A stretch of DNA of 16,508 bases from Spirochaetota bacterium (GTDB lineage Bacteria > Spirochaetota > Spirochaetia > SPDA01 > B32-G16), in assembly GCA_003645645.1 (NCBI GenBank), contig QNBH01000067.1, positions 1 through 16,508 of the forward strand, in the 5' to 3' direction. Under the pieces are notes generated by a model. That model had not been told where the DNA came from, made no database searches, and saw only the letters and a list, made by a program, of their open reading frames with translations. Shown here piece after piece: positions 8,607 to 16,344 of the stretch (position 1 is its first letter; each line of letters begins with the position of its first letter). A program made the position numbers and the translations under genes.

Positions 8607-8608
8607 GC

Positions 8609-9448
8609 TCAATTGGATAAAAAAATCTGCAAAAGCGTGGATGCACCCAGAATTATGGTTACAATGCCAATAATTAATCTAAGATGGCGAATGGGTATTA
8701 TTTTAACCGTGTATGCCGAAAGAGGCGCGGAGGCTACCGCTCCGACCACCAGGTAAGGGGCAAGGGAAAGATCGATTTCTCCGGCAATAAAATAGGCGGT
8801 TATCCCGATAAAACAGGTTATTCCCTCGGAAAAAGAGGTTATTCCTACTGTACTTCTCTCCTCCACCCCGGAGAGTAGTTGGCCTCCGGTTACCAGCGGA
8901 CCGTAACCTCCTCCGCTTATCCCCTTATTAAAAGAAGCGAGGATACCCAGGCTTACTATCTTTTTCCAGGAGAAAGGAAACTTACGATTAGAGGTAACCA
9001 GCACGAAAACTCCCAGGACAAAAATCAGCACTCCGATATACAGTTTTACATATAGCTTTGGCAAGTTCAGGGCCGCATAAACGGAGACAAGGGTTCCAAG
9101 GATGCTACAGGAAATTATAACCAGGGCGATTTTAAGGTGAATGGGAACTCCTGTTCTGACGCTTTCCCTGATACCGTGTTCTTTTACTCTATTAAAGATA
9201 AAACCGGGATTCAACGATCTGGGCATGAGAGATACATTACCCACACGATGGTGGATAGCGGCTGCCGTAATTCCGGTGATTAATTCGGAGAGCAGCACCG
9301 CTGGTACGATCTGAAGGGGGGCAAATCCGAAGAGAAGCATCAGAATGGGCGTTAGAGTGGTTCCGTAGCCCATCCCGACTGTGGAGTCGATATACTCGGC
9401 TATAAAAGCAATTATCATTAAAAGTAGTACCGTTTCCCATGAGACCAT
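8609..9448 (-). CDS. TauE/SafE (TSUP) family sulfite/anion exporter-type permease.
   Basis: The two-repeat signature is VGMGYGTTLTPILMLL and ISGGGYGPLVTGGQLL (G-x-G-x-x-x-x-P-x-L). About 8 hydrophobic helices over 279 aa. GGAGG lies 7 nt before the ATG. Confidence 0.75.
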   Translation of the reverse strand: MVSWETVLLLMIIAFIAEYIDSTVGMGYGTTLTPILMLLFGFAPLQIVPAVLLSELITGITAAAIHHRVGNVSLMPRSLNPGFIFNRVKEHGIRESVRTGVPIHLKIALVIISCSILGTLVSVYAALNLPKLYVKLYIGVLIFVLGVFVLVTSNRKFPFSWKKIVSLGILASFNKGISGGGYGPLVTGGQLLSGVEERSTVGITSFSEGITCFIGITAYFIAGEIDLSLAPYLVVGAVASAPLSAYTVKIIPIRHLRLIIGIVTIILGASTLLQIFLSN

Positions 9449-9576
9449 AGAATTACCTCCTATCTCTTGCCCATTGCCTGCGTATCACCAAAGAAATTAA
9501 TCAAAATAAAATCGATATATCATATATATTAAGTAGTACAAGCCACCTGCCAATTTTTATCTTTACTCTTTATACT

Positions 9577-9981
9577 CTATATGAGATCTGCAAAGGTTGT
9601 TCTTTCAAGCTTATCGGAGATATAGTCTCTGATTTCTTTTAGAAGACTGAGCAATTCAGGACTCCTTTCCACCGGGGTATGTTTGAAAAAGTACTTACTT
9701 ACAGATTCTACCGGAGCAAGTGCACCATCCATTAACCGGATTATTTCGGCTATCGATATATCTTCCGGTTTTTTCGCAAGTGTATACCCGCCTTCAGCCC
9801 CCTTGTAGCTGGTTACATATCCACCACGTTTTAAAATGAGAAGAATCTGCTCAAGATATTTTTTGGGAATATCCTTGTGCCGTGCAATCTCTGCTATTGT
9901 AAGCCGCGGATTCTTATGATAGTTTTCAGCAAGGTCGATAATTGCCAGACACGCGTATTCGCTTTTTGTTGATAGTCTCAT
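9577..9981 (-). CDS. Rrf2-family transcriptional regulator, of the CymR-like type that has no Fe-S cluster.
   Basis: MRLSTKSEYACLAIIDLA...LTIAEIA is the Rrf2 HTH signature. There is only one Cys (C11); the three C-terminal Cys ligands of IscR/NsrR are absent. Confidence 0.85.
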   Translation of the reverse strand: MRLSTKSEYACLAIIDLAENYHKNPRLTIAEIARHKDIPKKYLEQILLILKRGGYVTSYKGAEGGYTLAKKPEDISIAEIIRLMDGALAPVESVSKYFFKHTPVERSPELLSLLKEIRDYISDKLERTTFADLI

Positions 9982-10006
9982 GTTAATATCGACTTATCCT
10001 ATAGTT

Positions 10007-10034
10007 ATTATAGCTTAATTCGCAAATCTGTCAA
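10007..10034 (-). promoter_or_regulatory. Consensus sigma-70 promoter for rrf2: TTGACA (10029-10034), a 16-nt spacer, then TATAAT (10007-12).
   Basis: Both hexamers are perfect consensus. They lie ~25 nt upstream of the rrf2 ATG. The inverted repeat CTATA-N5-TATAG (9999-10013) overlaps the -10 and the transcription start. Confidence 0.45.
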
Positions 10035-10126
10035 GAAGTTTTCTTAAGGTAGTTTAAAAAGTTCCGGCTACCATCTATTTAAAATTTTTTAACCGGTTCG
10101 AAGGGTTATTTGCTACGAGAATCGAG

Positions 10127-10165
10127 CCACCAGCTTTAACGGTGGTTATTTACAATCTTTTTATT
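10127..10165 (+). terminator. Hairpin CCACC-AGCTTTAAC-GGTGG followed by the U-rich stretch TTATTTACAATCTTTTTATT. It is a weak intrinsic-terminator or attenuator-like element.
   Basis: Read directly from the sequence. The stem is only 5 bp and the T-tract is interrupted. The orientation is plus-strand only. Confidence 0.2.
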
Positions 10166-10391
10166 CAGGATTATGATTTAAGTAGTACGACGAAGATTGT
10201 ACCTTTAACCTGAGGCAAAGGCTTACAGGGGAGACCGTATATCAACCTGCTGTATTAAGTCGCAGAACTCTAAAGCTTGAGGCGGAGGGATCTCCCTAAA
10301 AAGCATTTATCTTCATTAAAAGGCACGATCTTTATGCTATTATTTAGCTATAAATGAGCATGTAAATATACTTAAACCCTGGGAATAAAAC

Positions 10392-12017
10392 ATGACAAAG
10401 GGAGGAACCCTTTTTTACAATGCAAGGTTTTACTCGATGAGGAAGGAGGGGGAGTTTTTCGATGCAATCCTGGTGGAAGATGGGAAAATCAAAGAGGTCT
10501 TAAAAACTTCGGGAAGTGACAACTCAGAGTCAGGCAATGAGTTTTCCCCGAGAGAGGGTGGAAGCTTTCCGGATTTAGTAATGGATAGCCCTGGCCGATT
10601 GCTGTCGAAAAAAGAGCTTTCACAAATCCATGCTAAAAGGGTGGATCTTGGCGGTAGCTTTGTTTTTCCAGGATTTATTGACACTCATACCCATTCTTTT
10701 ACTGGAGGATTGTACACACTGGGCATAGATCTTTCTGAGGCAAGGAGTCTTAAAGAGGTACTGGAGCTGCTTTCCGGTGCAGACCCGGTTGGCGGGAACA
10801 TTCTTGCCTGGAGGTTTGACGAGAGTAAGATAGCCGAAAAGCGCTTCCCAACCCGTGAAGAATTGGACCGCATCTATCCCCATACTCCTGTACTTGTAAG
10901 GAGAGTGGACGGCCACTCATGCGTTGTAAACACCCCGGCGCTTGAAAGTATTCCTATAGATAGAAAGGAGGTATCTGGTAACCGGGGGATACTCACCCAC
11001 AGACAAAATCATAAGGCTATAAGGTGGTTTCACGACAGCATAGACCCTGTTGGGATAATCTCTGCATACAGAGCTGCTGCACAGAAGGGTGTGGAGAGGG
11101 GTCTTACTACCATACACACAATGGTGGGCAATGGGCACGGCGACCCTCTTCACTACACCCTTCTAATTTCAAGAATCGAAGAGTTTCCTGTGGAGTTTAT
11201 TGTATATCCCCAGATTACGGATGTTAGAAAAGCCGTGGAGCTGGGAAGCTTAAGAGTGGGAGGTTGTGTTCTGGCAGACGGATCTTTAGGGTCTCATACC
11301 GCAGCGTTAACCGAACCCTATGCGGATCGACTCGATACAAGGGGAGAGCTTTACCATGCAGATTCTTTCTGGGAGAGTTTTTTCCGCAAAGCCCATGATG
11401 CCGGCCTGCAGTCGGCGGTTCATGCAATAGGCGATGCGGCTATTATCCAGGTTCTCGGTATTTTGCGGAGGCTTCAGCTTGAAAGGCCTGCAGATTTAAG
11501 GCATCAGATTATACACAATGAGCTTGTTCCTCACGATTGGATGCTCGATTGGATGGCAGAAGCAGAGATAAGTGCGGTTATGCAGCCTGCCTTTGATTTG
11601 CTCTGGGGCGGAGATGAGGGTTATTACAGCAAAGTTCTGGGAAGAGAGCGGGCTCTTAAGTGTAACAGGCTTGCCTCTCTGATAAAGAGGGGAGTACTGG
11701 TAACAGGTGGATCTGATTGGTATATAACACCCCTCGATCCACTTCTGGGAATAGAGGCGGCTGTGAAGATGCACAATCCCGATGAAAGATTAAGTCCCTA
11801 TCAGGCTGTGGAGCTTTATACCTGCAAAGCTTCTTCTTTAAGCTTTGATGAGAAGAGACTGGGGATGGTATTGCCCGAATACCAGGCAGATCTGGTTTGC
11901 CTGGAAGAGGACCCTCTGTATTCTGCAAAGATCGATTCTATAAAGGTTACAATGACTGTTAAAAAAGGTAATATAGTGTACAGGAATAGCACTGAAGGTA
12001 ATAGTACATTGAGATAA
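10392..12017 (+). CDS. Amidohydrolase-family metal-dependent hydrolase (Amidohydro_3 / YtcJ-like).
   Basis: An N-terminal ILVEDGKI motif is followed by the metal-binding HxH in FPGFIDTHTHSF. A C-terminal GGSDWYITPLDP and a ...DLVCLEEDP tail are typical of the family. Confidence 0.85.
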   Translation: MTKGGTLFYNARFYSMRKEGEFFDAILVEDGKIKEVLKTSGSDNSESGNEFSPREGGSFPDLVMDSPGRLLSKKELSQIHAKRVDLGGSFVFPGFIDTHTHSFTGGLYTLGIDLSEARSLKEVLELLSGADPVGGNILAWRFDESKIAEKRFPTREELDRIYPHTPVLVRRVDGHSCVVNTPALESIPIDRKEVSGNRGILTHRQNHKAIRWFHDSIDPVGIISAYRAAAQKGVERGLTTIHTMVGNGHGDPLHYTLLISRIEEFPVEFIVYPQITDVRKAVELGSLRVGGCVLADGSLGSHTAALTEPYADRLDTRGELYHADSFWESFFRKAHDAGLQSAVHAIGDAAIIQVLGILRRLQLERPADLRHQIIHNELVPHDWMLDWMAEAEISAVMQPAFDLLWGGDEGYYSKVLGRERALKCNRLASLIKRGVLVTGGSDWYITPLDPLLGIEAAVKMHNPDERLSPYQAVELYTCKASSLSFDEKRLGMVLPEYQADLVCLEEDPLYSAKIDSIKVTMTVKKGNIVYRNSTEGNSTLR

Positions 12018-12031
12018 CAGGGAGTTAATCG

Positions 12032-13033
12032 ATGAAAAAATATCTCTACGATATAAGTCCTTCTGCATGGGAACATCCTGCAGATAGAGCCGCATTGGCG
12101 GCTTTAAAACAGTTGAGCGGGATAGATGAGCTCATACGTCTTCTTGTCGGCAAAACCATGGAAAAATCTCTCCGTATGATAGCCTTAGCTTCTTCTGTTC
12201 GTGTATCGGGTTTGCAGTTTCCGGGTGTACGAAAAAAGGTAGAAGAGGCCTGTTATGTGCTGGACGTAAAGGAAGTACCGGAAGTATATATCTCTCAGAA
12301 TCCACTTATGAATGCAGGCTCTGTTGGAGTGGAGAAACCCTTTATCACCATTAACAGCGCTCTTATAGAGCAGCTCGCAGAAGAAGAGCTACAGGCCGTT
12401 ATCGGACACGAGCTGGGTCATATAGCAAGCGGGCATGTGCTTTATAAAACCCTTTTATGGTTACTAATGAACATTTCTACAAATCTGGTTCACATCCCCC
12501 TGGGTAATTTTGCCCTTGGTGCCATCATTGCTGCCCTTAGAGAGTGGGACAGGAAGAGCGAGCTCAGTGCCGATCGTGCGGGTTTGCTGGTACTTCAGGA
12601 TCCATCTCCTGCCTATACAGTACTGATGAAACTTGCAGGTGGATCCAGGATAGGGGAAATGGTTCTTGAGGACTTTTTTAACCAGGCCTATGAATATGAG
12701 AAGGGCGGTGATATACTGGATAGTGTACACAAGCTCTTAAACATGATAGGACAGAGACACCCCTTTCATGTGGTCCGCCTTAAAGAGCTTAAAGAATGGG
12801 TGGACTCAGGAAAGTATGAAAAAATACTATCCGGGGAATACCGCAAGAGAGGGGATAGAGAAGAGGATATACAGGAGGAGTTCCGACAAGCTGCCGATCA
12901 GTACCGGGAGGATTTTGATAAGTCCGGAGATCCTCTTGCATCTGCTTTGAGTAAAATCGGCAAACAGATTGACGCAGTTACCAGGGAGGCCGGAAAACAG
13001 GCAGAAGAGTTTTTTAAAGGTCTGTTCGGTTAG
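12032..13033 (+). CDS. M48-family Zn metallopeptidase (HtpX/Ste24-like), with a charged C-terminal tail.
   Basis: HEXXH reads VIGHELGHIASGH. The third-ligand region reads KSELSADRAG. There is a hydrophobic segment after the active site. GGGAG lies 7 nt upstream. It sits 14 nt after the amidohydrolase stop. Confidence 0.75.
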   Translation: MKKYLYDISPSAWEHPADRAALAALKQLSGIDELIRLLVGKTMEKSLRMIALASSVRVSGLQFPGVRKKVEEACYVLDVKEVPEVYISQNPLMNAGSVGVEKPFITINSALIEQLAEEELQAVIGHELGHIASGHVLYKTLLWLLMNISTNLVHIPLGNFALGAIIAALREWDRKSELSADRAGLLVLQDPSPAYTVLMKLAGGSRIGEMVLEDFFNQAYEYEKGGDILDSVHKLLNMIGQRHPFHVVRLKELKEWVDSGKYEKILSGEYRKRGDREEDIQEEFRQAADQYREDFDKSGDPLASALSKIGKQIDAVTREAGKQAEEFFKGLFG

Positions 13034-13941
13034 GACTTCAGTTGGTTAAGAAGCCTTTCGGCGGTTTTCCCTGCTTCGGATAAATTATCAATTTCTACGG
13101 TTTTAGTAAGCAAATCGATGGTTTTCTCTCTGTTGCCCAATCCCTGAAAGGCCATTGCCTCCATAAGATAAACGGTCTGCTTGAGTGAGGGATCTAATAT
13201 TCTACCTCTTTCTGTGGTAAGGAAATTATCGAACAGGGATATAGCCTTCTGATATGCAAATGTCTCCAGGTAGATGTTACCCTTTAAGAGGATCAGGTTA
13301 GAATAGTAGCTACTATCCTGTTTTACATCAATCTGGGACAGGTATCTCTCTGCAGAGATAATATCACCAAGAAGATAGCTTGAATATCCCAAATAGTAAA
13401 GCACTTCATCGACCTCATCTTCGTAAGCAAAATCGCAGGCTTCTTTAAACACCTCAAGTGCTTTCTCGAAATCGGATTCCGATAGCAGTTGTTTCCCCCT
13501 TTCAATCAACTCCGCCGCCTCACTTTCTACCCAGGAAAATGTTTCTTCATCTGCAAAGTCCCCTCTGACTCCGCCTACTGCTGAACGGGAGCCTACAGAA
13601 GACGATCCTCCCAGAGGCAGCAATTTATTGGCAATCAGGGACCCCACTCCTGATGTCGACCTTTCTGTAGATGATTTGATAAGATCCTGAATGGAGTAAG
13701 TACCTTCGGTTGTGAGGGTTAAATGAATGTTTGTGCCTGAAAGCTCAAGGAGTGATCCCGGCTCGAGCCTAATAGAGGAGTCCTCATCCACAATATCTCC
13801 TATGAATACTTCGACCCATCCATCTCTTGTGTGTACTTCTACAAACCCTTCTACGTAGTCGACGATGAGTTCTTCTCCTGATAGCAATAGAGGAGAGAGC
13901 ATGAGCAGGAAAACAGCCATACTGATAATCTTTTTATTCAT
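13030..13941 (-). CDS. Secreted TPR-repeat protein with an N-terminal FecR-like beta domain. I moved the start to ATG 13941 (303 aa); the track's start is GTG at 13971.
   Basis: ATG at 13939-13941 is preceded by AGAGAGG. The protein then begins MNKKIISMAVFLLMLSPLLLSGEE, a signal peptide. The stretch LIVDYVEGFVEVHTRDGWVEV...GDIVDEDSSIRLEPGSLLEL resembles FecR/DUF4974-type folds. The C-terminal half has TPR-like helices (YYLGYSSYLLGD..., YQKAISLFDNFL...). Confidence 0.6.
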   Translation of the reverse strand: MNKKIISMAVFLLMLSPLLLSGEELIVDYVEGFVEVHTRDGWVEVFIGDIVDEDSSIRLEPGSLLELSGTNIHLTLTTEGTYSIQDLIKSSTERSTSGVGSLIANKLLPLGGSSSVGSRSAVGGVRGDFADEETFSWVESEAAELIERGKQLLSESDFEKALEVFKEACDFAYEDEVDEVLYYLGYSSYLLGDIISAERYLSQIDVKQDSSYYSNLILLKGNIYLETFAYQKAISLFDNFLTTERGRILDPSLKQTVYLMEAMAFQGLGNREKTIDLLTKTVEIDNLSEAGKTAERLLNQLKS

Positions 13942-14040
13942 GGATTTTACACCTCTCTTTGAACATACCACTTGTTTAAACTATTTTCAATTACTTTGAG
14001 TTAGATAATCAGAGCCCACCTCCTGCCGGTTAACCCGTGC

Positions 14041-14553
14041 TCAGGCAGTCTGCTCCTCTCCTCTGGCTATGAGAACCTTACCCGTTCTCACCATTTCGAG
14101 CACTCCGTATTTGTTAAAAACCCGGTGTACGGCATCGAGCTTCTCTGTTTTACCTGTAACTTCCAGTGTGACAGTGCTGTCACCCAGATCTACAGGATCC
14201 GCTTTAAAGGCATGAGCTAATTGAAGCACTTCTGTCCTTTGCTCGGGAGTGCACTTAACCTTCAACAGTGCCAGCTCCCTCTGGATAATATCCTCACCGG
14301 TGTTATCTTTTGCATGAACCACGTCCACGAGCTTGTTAAGCTGTTTCAATATCTGATCCAGAGTCCTCTCATCACCTGAAGCCACGAGATTCATGTGGGA
14401 GAAATCAGGATCGTGAGCCTCAGAGACAACAAGACTATCTATATTGTATCCCCTTCGTGCAAAGACAAGGGCAATTCTTATGAGAACGCCCGGTTTATTG
14501 TTAACATAAAGACTTATAGTATGTTTTTTATATCCGTTTTGCCTGTTCTCCAT
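14041..14553 (-). CDS. ilvN: Acetolactate synthase small (regulatory) subunit.
   Basis: The ACT domain reads HTISLYVNNKPGVLIRIALVFARRGYNIDSLVV...KQLNKLVDVV...GKTEKLDA, a near-textbook IlvH/IlvN. The ATG sits 1 nt after the ilvB stop, with GAGGAG inside the ilvB 3' end. Confidence 0.9.
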   Translation of the reverse strand: MENRQNGYKKHTISLYVNNKPGVLIRIALVFARRGYNIDSLVVSEAHDPDFSHMNLVASGDERTLDQILKQLNKLVDVVHAKDNTGEDIIQRELALLKVKCTPEQRTEVLQLAHAFKADPVDLGDSTVTLEVTGKTEKLDAVHRVFNKYGVLEMVRTGKVLIARGEEQTA

Positions 14554-14554
14554 T

Positions 14555-16291
14555 TTAATTGCTCCTCACTGGTCTTTCTAATTTTTTCCCTGTTGGCACC
14601 GCCTTCCTTGGAGCCTCCAGTATCATATCCTTGAAAGTTGCTCCTGCAGGTATCATGGGAAATACATTCTCCTCTTTCTCTACCTCTACATCTATTAGGC
14701 AAGGTCCGTCCGAATACTCCAATGCGGAAGAAATTATCCTTCTTACATCGGCGCTTCTTTTAATACGAAGCCCCTTACATCCATAAGCCTCGGCGAGTTT
14801 TACAAAGTTGGGGTTCCCCTCAAGGTCTACACCGGAGAGACGGTTATCGTAGAAAAGGTTCTGCCACTGTCTCACCATGCCCAGATAGCGGTTGTTTATG
14901 AGAAGAATCTTTATGGGCAGCCTATTGATCACTGCAGTGGCAAGGTCACTCTGGGTCATCTGGAATCCACCATCTCCCACAATAGCCACTACGGTTCTAT
15001 CAGGTCTGGCAAGTTGTGCGCCGATGGCTGCAGGCATACCGAACCCCATGGTTCCTGCTCCCCCCGAGGATATCCAGTGGAAACGCTCGTTTATTCGACA
15101 GTACTGAGCCGCCCACATTTGATGTTGCCCCACATCTGTAACGTAGATCGCCTTGCCTTCTGTAAGTTTATAAATTTCGTCGATGGCATGTTGAGCTTTA
15201 AGTTTCCCTTCCTTTTTATATTTAATGGGAAACTGTTTTTTCCACCTTTCTACCTGTTTGATCCAATCCGATGTATCGCCCGGTCTTGCGACAGAGCTGA
15301 GGGCCTCGGTAACATGCCTTGCATCTCCTACAATAGCACAGTCAACCTGAATCACCTTGTTTATCTCCGACGGGTCAATATCAATATGAATCTTTACCGC
15401 ACCCGGACAGAAATCCTGCGGTTTCCCGGTGATACGGTCGTCCCATCTTGCTCCAATCGACATGATAAGATCGCATTCGGCCATTGCTTTGTTGGCATAG
15501 GCTGTGCCGTGCATTCCAGGCATACCCAAACTCAAGGGGTGATTTTCCGGAAAACAACCCTTGCCCAGAAGGGTGTTTGTTACGGGGATGCGCAGTTTTT
15601 CTGCAAGATATTTTACCGCCTTTCCTGCATCTGCAATGGCGGCTCCGTGTCCCACCAGCATGATGGGACGCTTTGCCCTTTCAAGGAGCTCTGCCGCCCT
15701 TTCTATTGCTTTGGTATCCCCCTCTGAAGGTATTATATAGCCCGGAAGATGAAACTCTTCGTGGTAAGTGGGATCTACCAGAGCACTGGAGACATCCTTT
15801 GGAACATCGATAAGTATGGGTCCCGGCCTGCCTGTTTCTGCAAGGAAGAAGGCTTCCCGCACTATTCTGCTTATATCCTGAGGGTTCTTTATCAGGTAAG
15901 AGTGTTTTACCAGAGGAAAGGAGATCCCCGAAACATCGGCCTCTTGAAATGTGTCCAAACCTAAATTTGAAGTTGTCTGCTGCCCCGTTATAACAATCAT
16001 TGGCACTGAATCCATGTGGGCGGTCATAATACCGGTTACGGTGTTTGTCGCCCCCGGGCCGGAGGTTACCATAACAACCCCGGGTTTCCCCGAAGCTCTG
16101 GCAAAACCGTCGGCCATGTGAGTTGCTCCCTGTTCGTGTCTGGCCAGAATACACTTTATGGGAGAAACGTGTAATGCATCGAAAATTGGAATGGCGGCTC
16201 CTCCGGGAACACCGAAAATATATTCCACACCGTGCTGATGGATAATATCTACTATTAGCTCAGCCCCTGTTCTTAATTTGTGGTTCATCAT
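14555..16291 (-). CDS. ilvB: Acetolactate synthase large (catalytic) subunit, a biosynthetic ThDP enzyme.
   Basis: An N-terminal ThDP-pyrimidine domain reads [35 protein letters not shown] and ThDP-binding motifs (GDGGFQM...N) are present. AGGAGG lies upstream. The tandem ATG-ATG makes the second ATG (16288) equally plausible as the start. Confidence 0.93.
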   Translation of the reverse strand: MMNHKLRTGAELIVDIIHQHGVEYIFGVPGGAAIPIFDALHVSPIKCILARHEQGATHMADGFARASGKPGVVMVTSGPGATNTVTGIMTAHMDSVPMIVITGQQTTSNLGLDTFQEADVSGISFPLVKHSYLIKNPQDISRIVREAFFLAETGRPGPILIDVPKDVSSALVDPTYHEEFHLPGYIIPSEGDTKAIERAAELLERAKRPIMLVGHGAAIADAGKAVKYLAEKLRIPVTNTLLGKGCFPENHPLSLGMPGMHGTAYANKAMAECDLIMSIGARWDDRITGKPQDFCPGAVKIHIDIDPSEINKVIQVDCAIVGDARHVTEALSSVARPGDTSDWIKQVERWKKQFPIKYKKEGKLKAQHAIDEIYKLTEGKAIYVTDVGQHQMWAAQYCRINERFHWISSGGAGTMGFGMPAAIGAQLARPDRTVVAIVGDGGFQMTQSDLATAVINRLPIKILLINNRYLGMVRQWQNLFYDNRLSGVDLEGNPNFVKLAEAYGCKGLRIKRSADVRRIISSALEYSDGPCLIDVEVEKEENVFPMIPAGATFKDMILEAPRKAVPTGKKLERPVRSN

Positions 16292-16316
16292 TCCTCCTAA
16301 GAAGTAGTTTCATGAT

Positions 16317-16344
16317 ATTTTAGTGTTTTTTCATAATTAGTCAA
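16317..16344 (-). promoter_or_regulatory. Putative ilvBN promoter: TTGACT (16339-16344), a 16-nt spacer, then TAAAAT (16317-16322).
   Basis: Read on the minus strand ~25 nt upstream of the ilvB ATG. The region beyond it to the window edge is ~80% AT. Confidence 0.3.

Noticed and set aside
10200-10260. Possible TPP or purine riboswitch upstream of the amidohydrolase (CTGAGG and AACCTG strings)
   Set aside because: The strings do not sit in the order or spacing of any riboswitch core I know (e.g. no CUGAGA ... ACCUGAUC arrangement). The downstream gene is not a thiamine or purine gene. The region is kept only as an unclassified structured leader.
10430-12095. Many 60-98-aa minus-strand ORFs
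   Set aside because: They lie antisense within the amidohydrolase gene, whose own frame carries the clear HxH and GGSD family motifs.
15014-16154. 237-aa plus-strand and 157-aa minus-strand ORFs inside ilvB
   Set aside because: Both are embedded in the well-supported ilvB gene, one antisense and one in another frame of the same strand. Their composition is Cys/Arg/Gly-rich nonsense, which marks alternative-frame artefacts.
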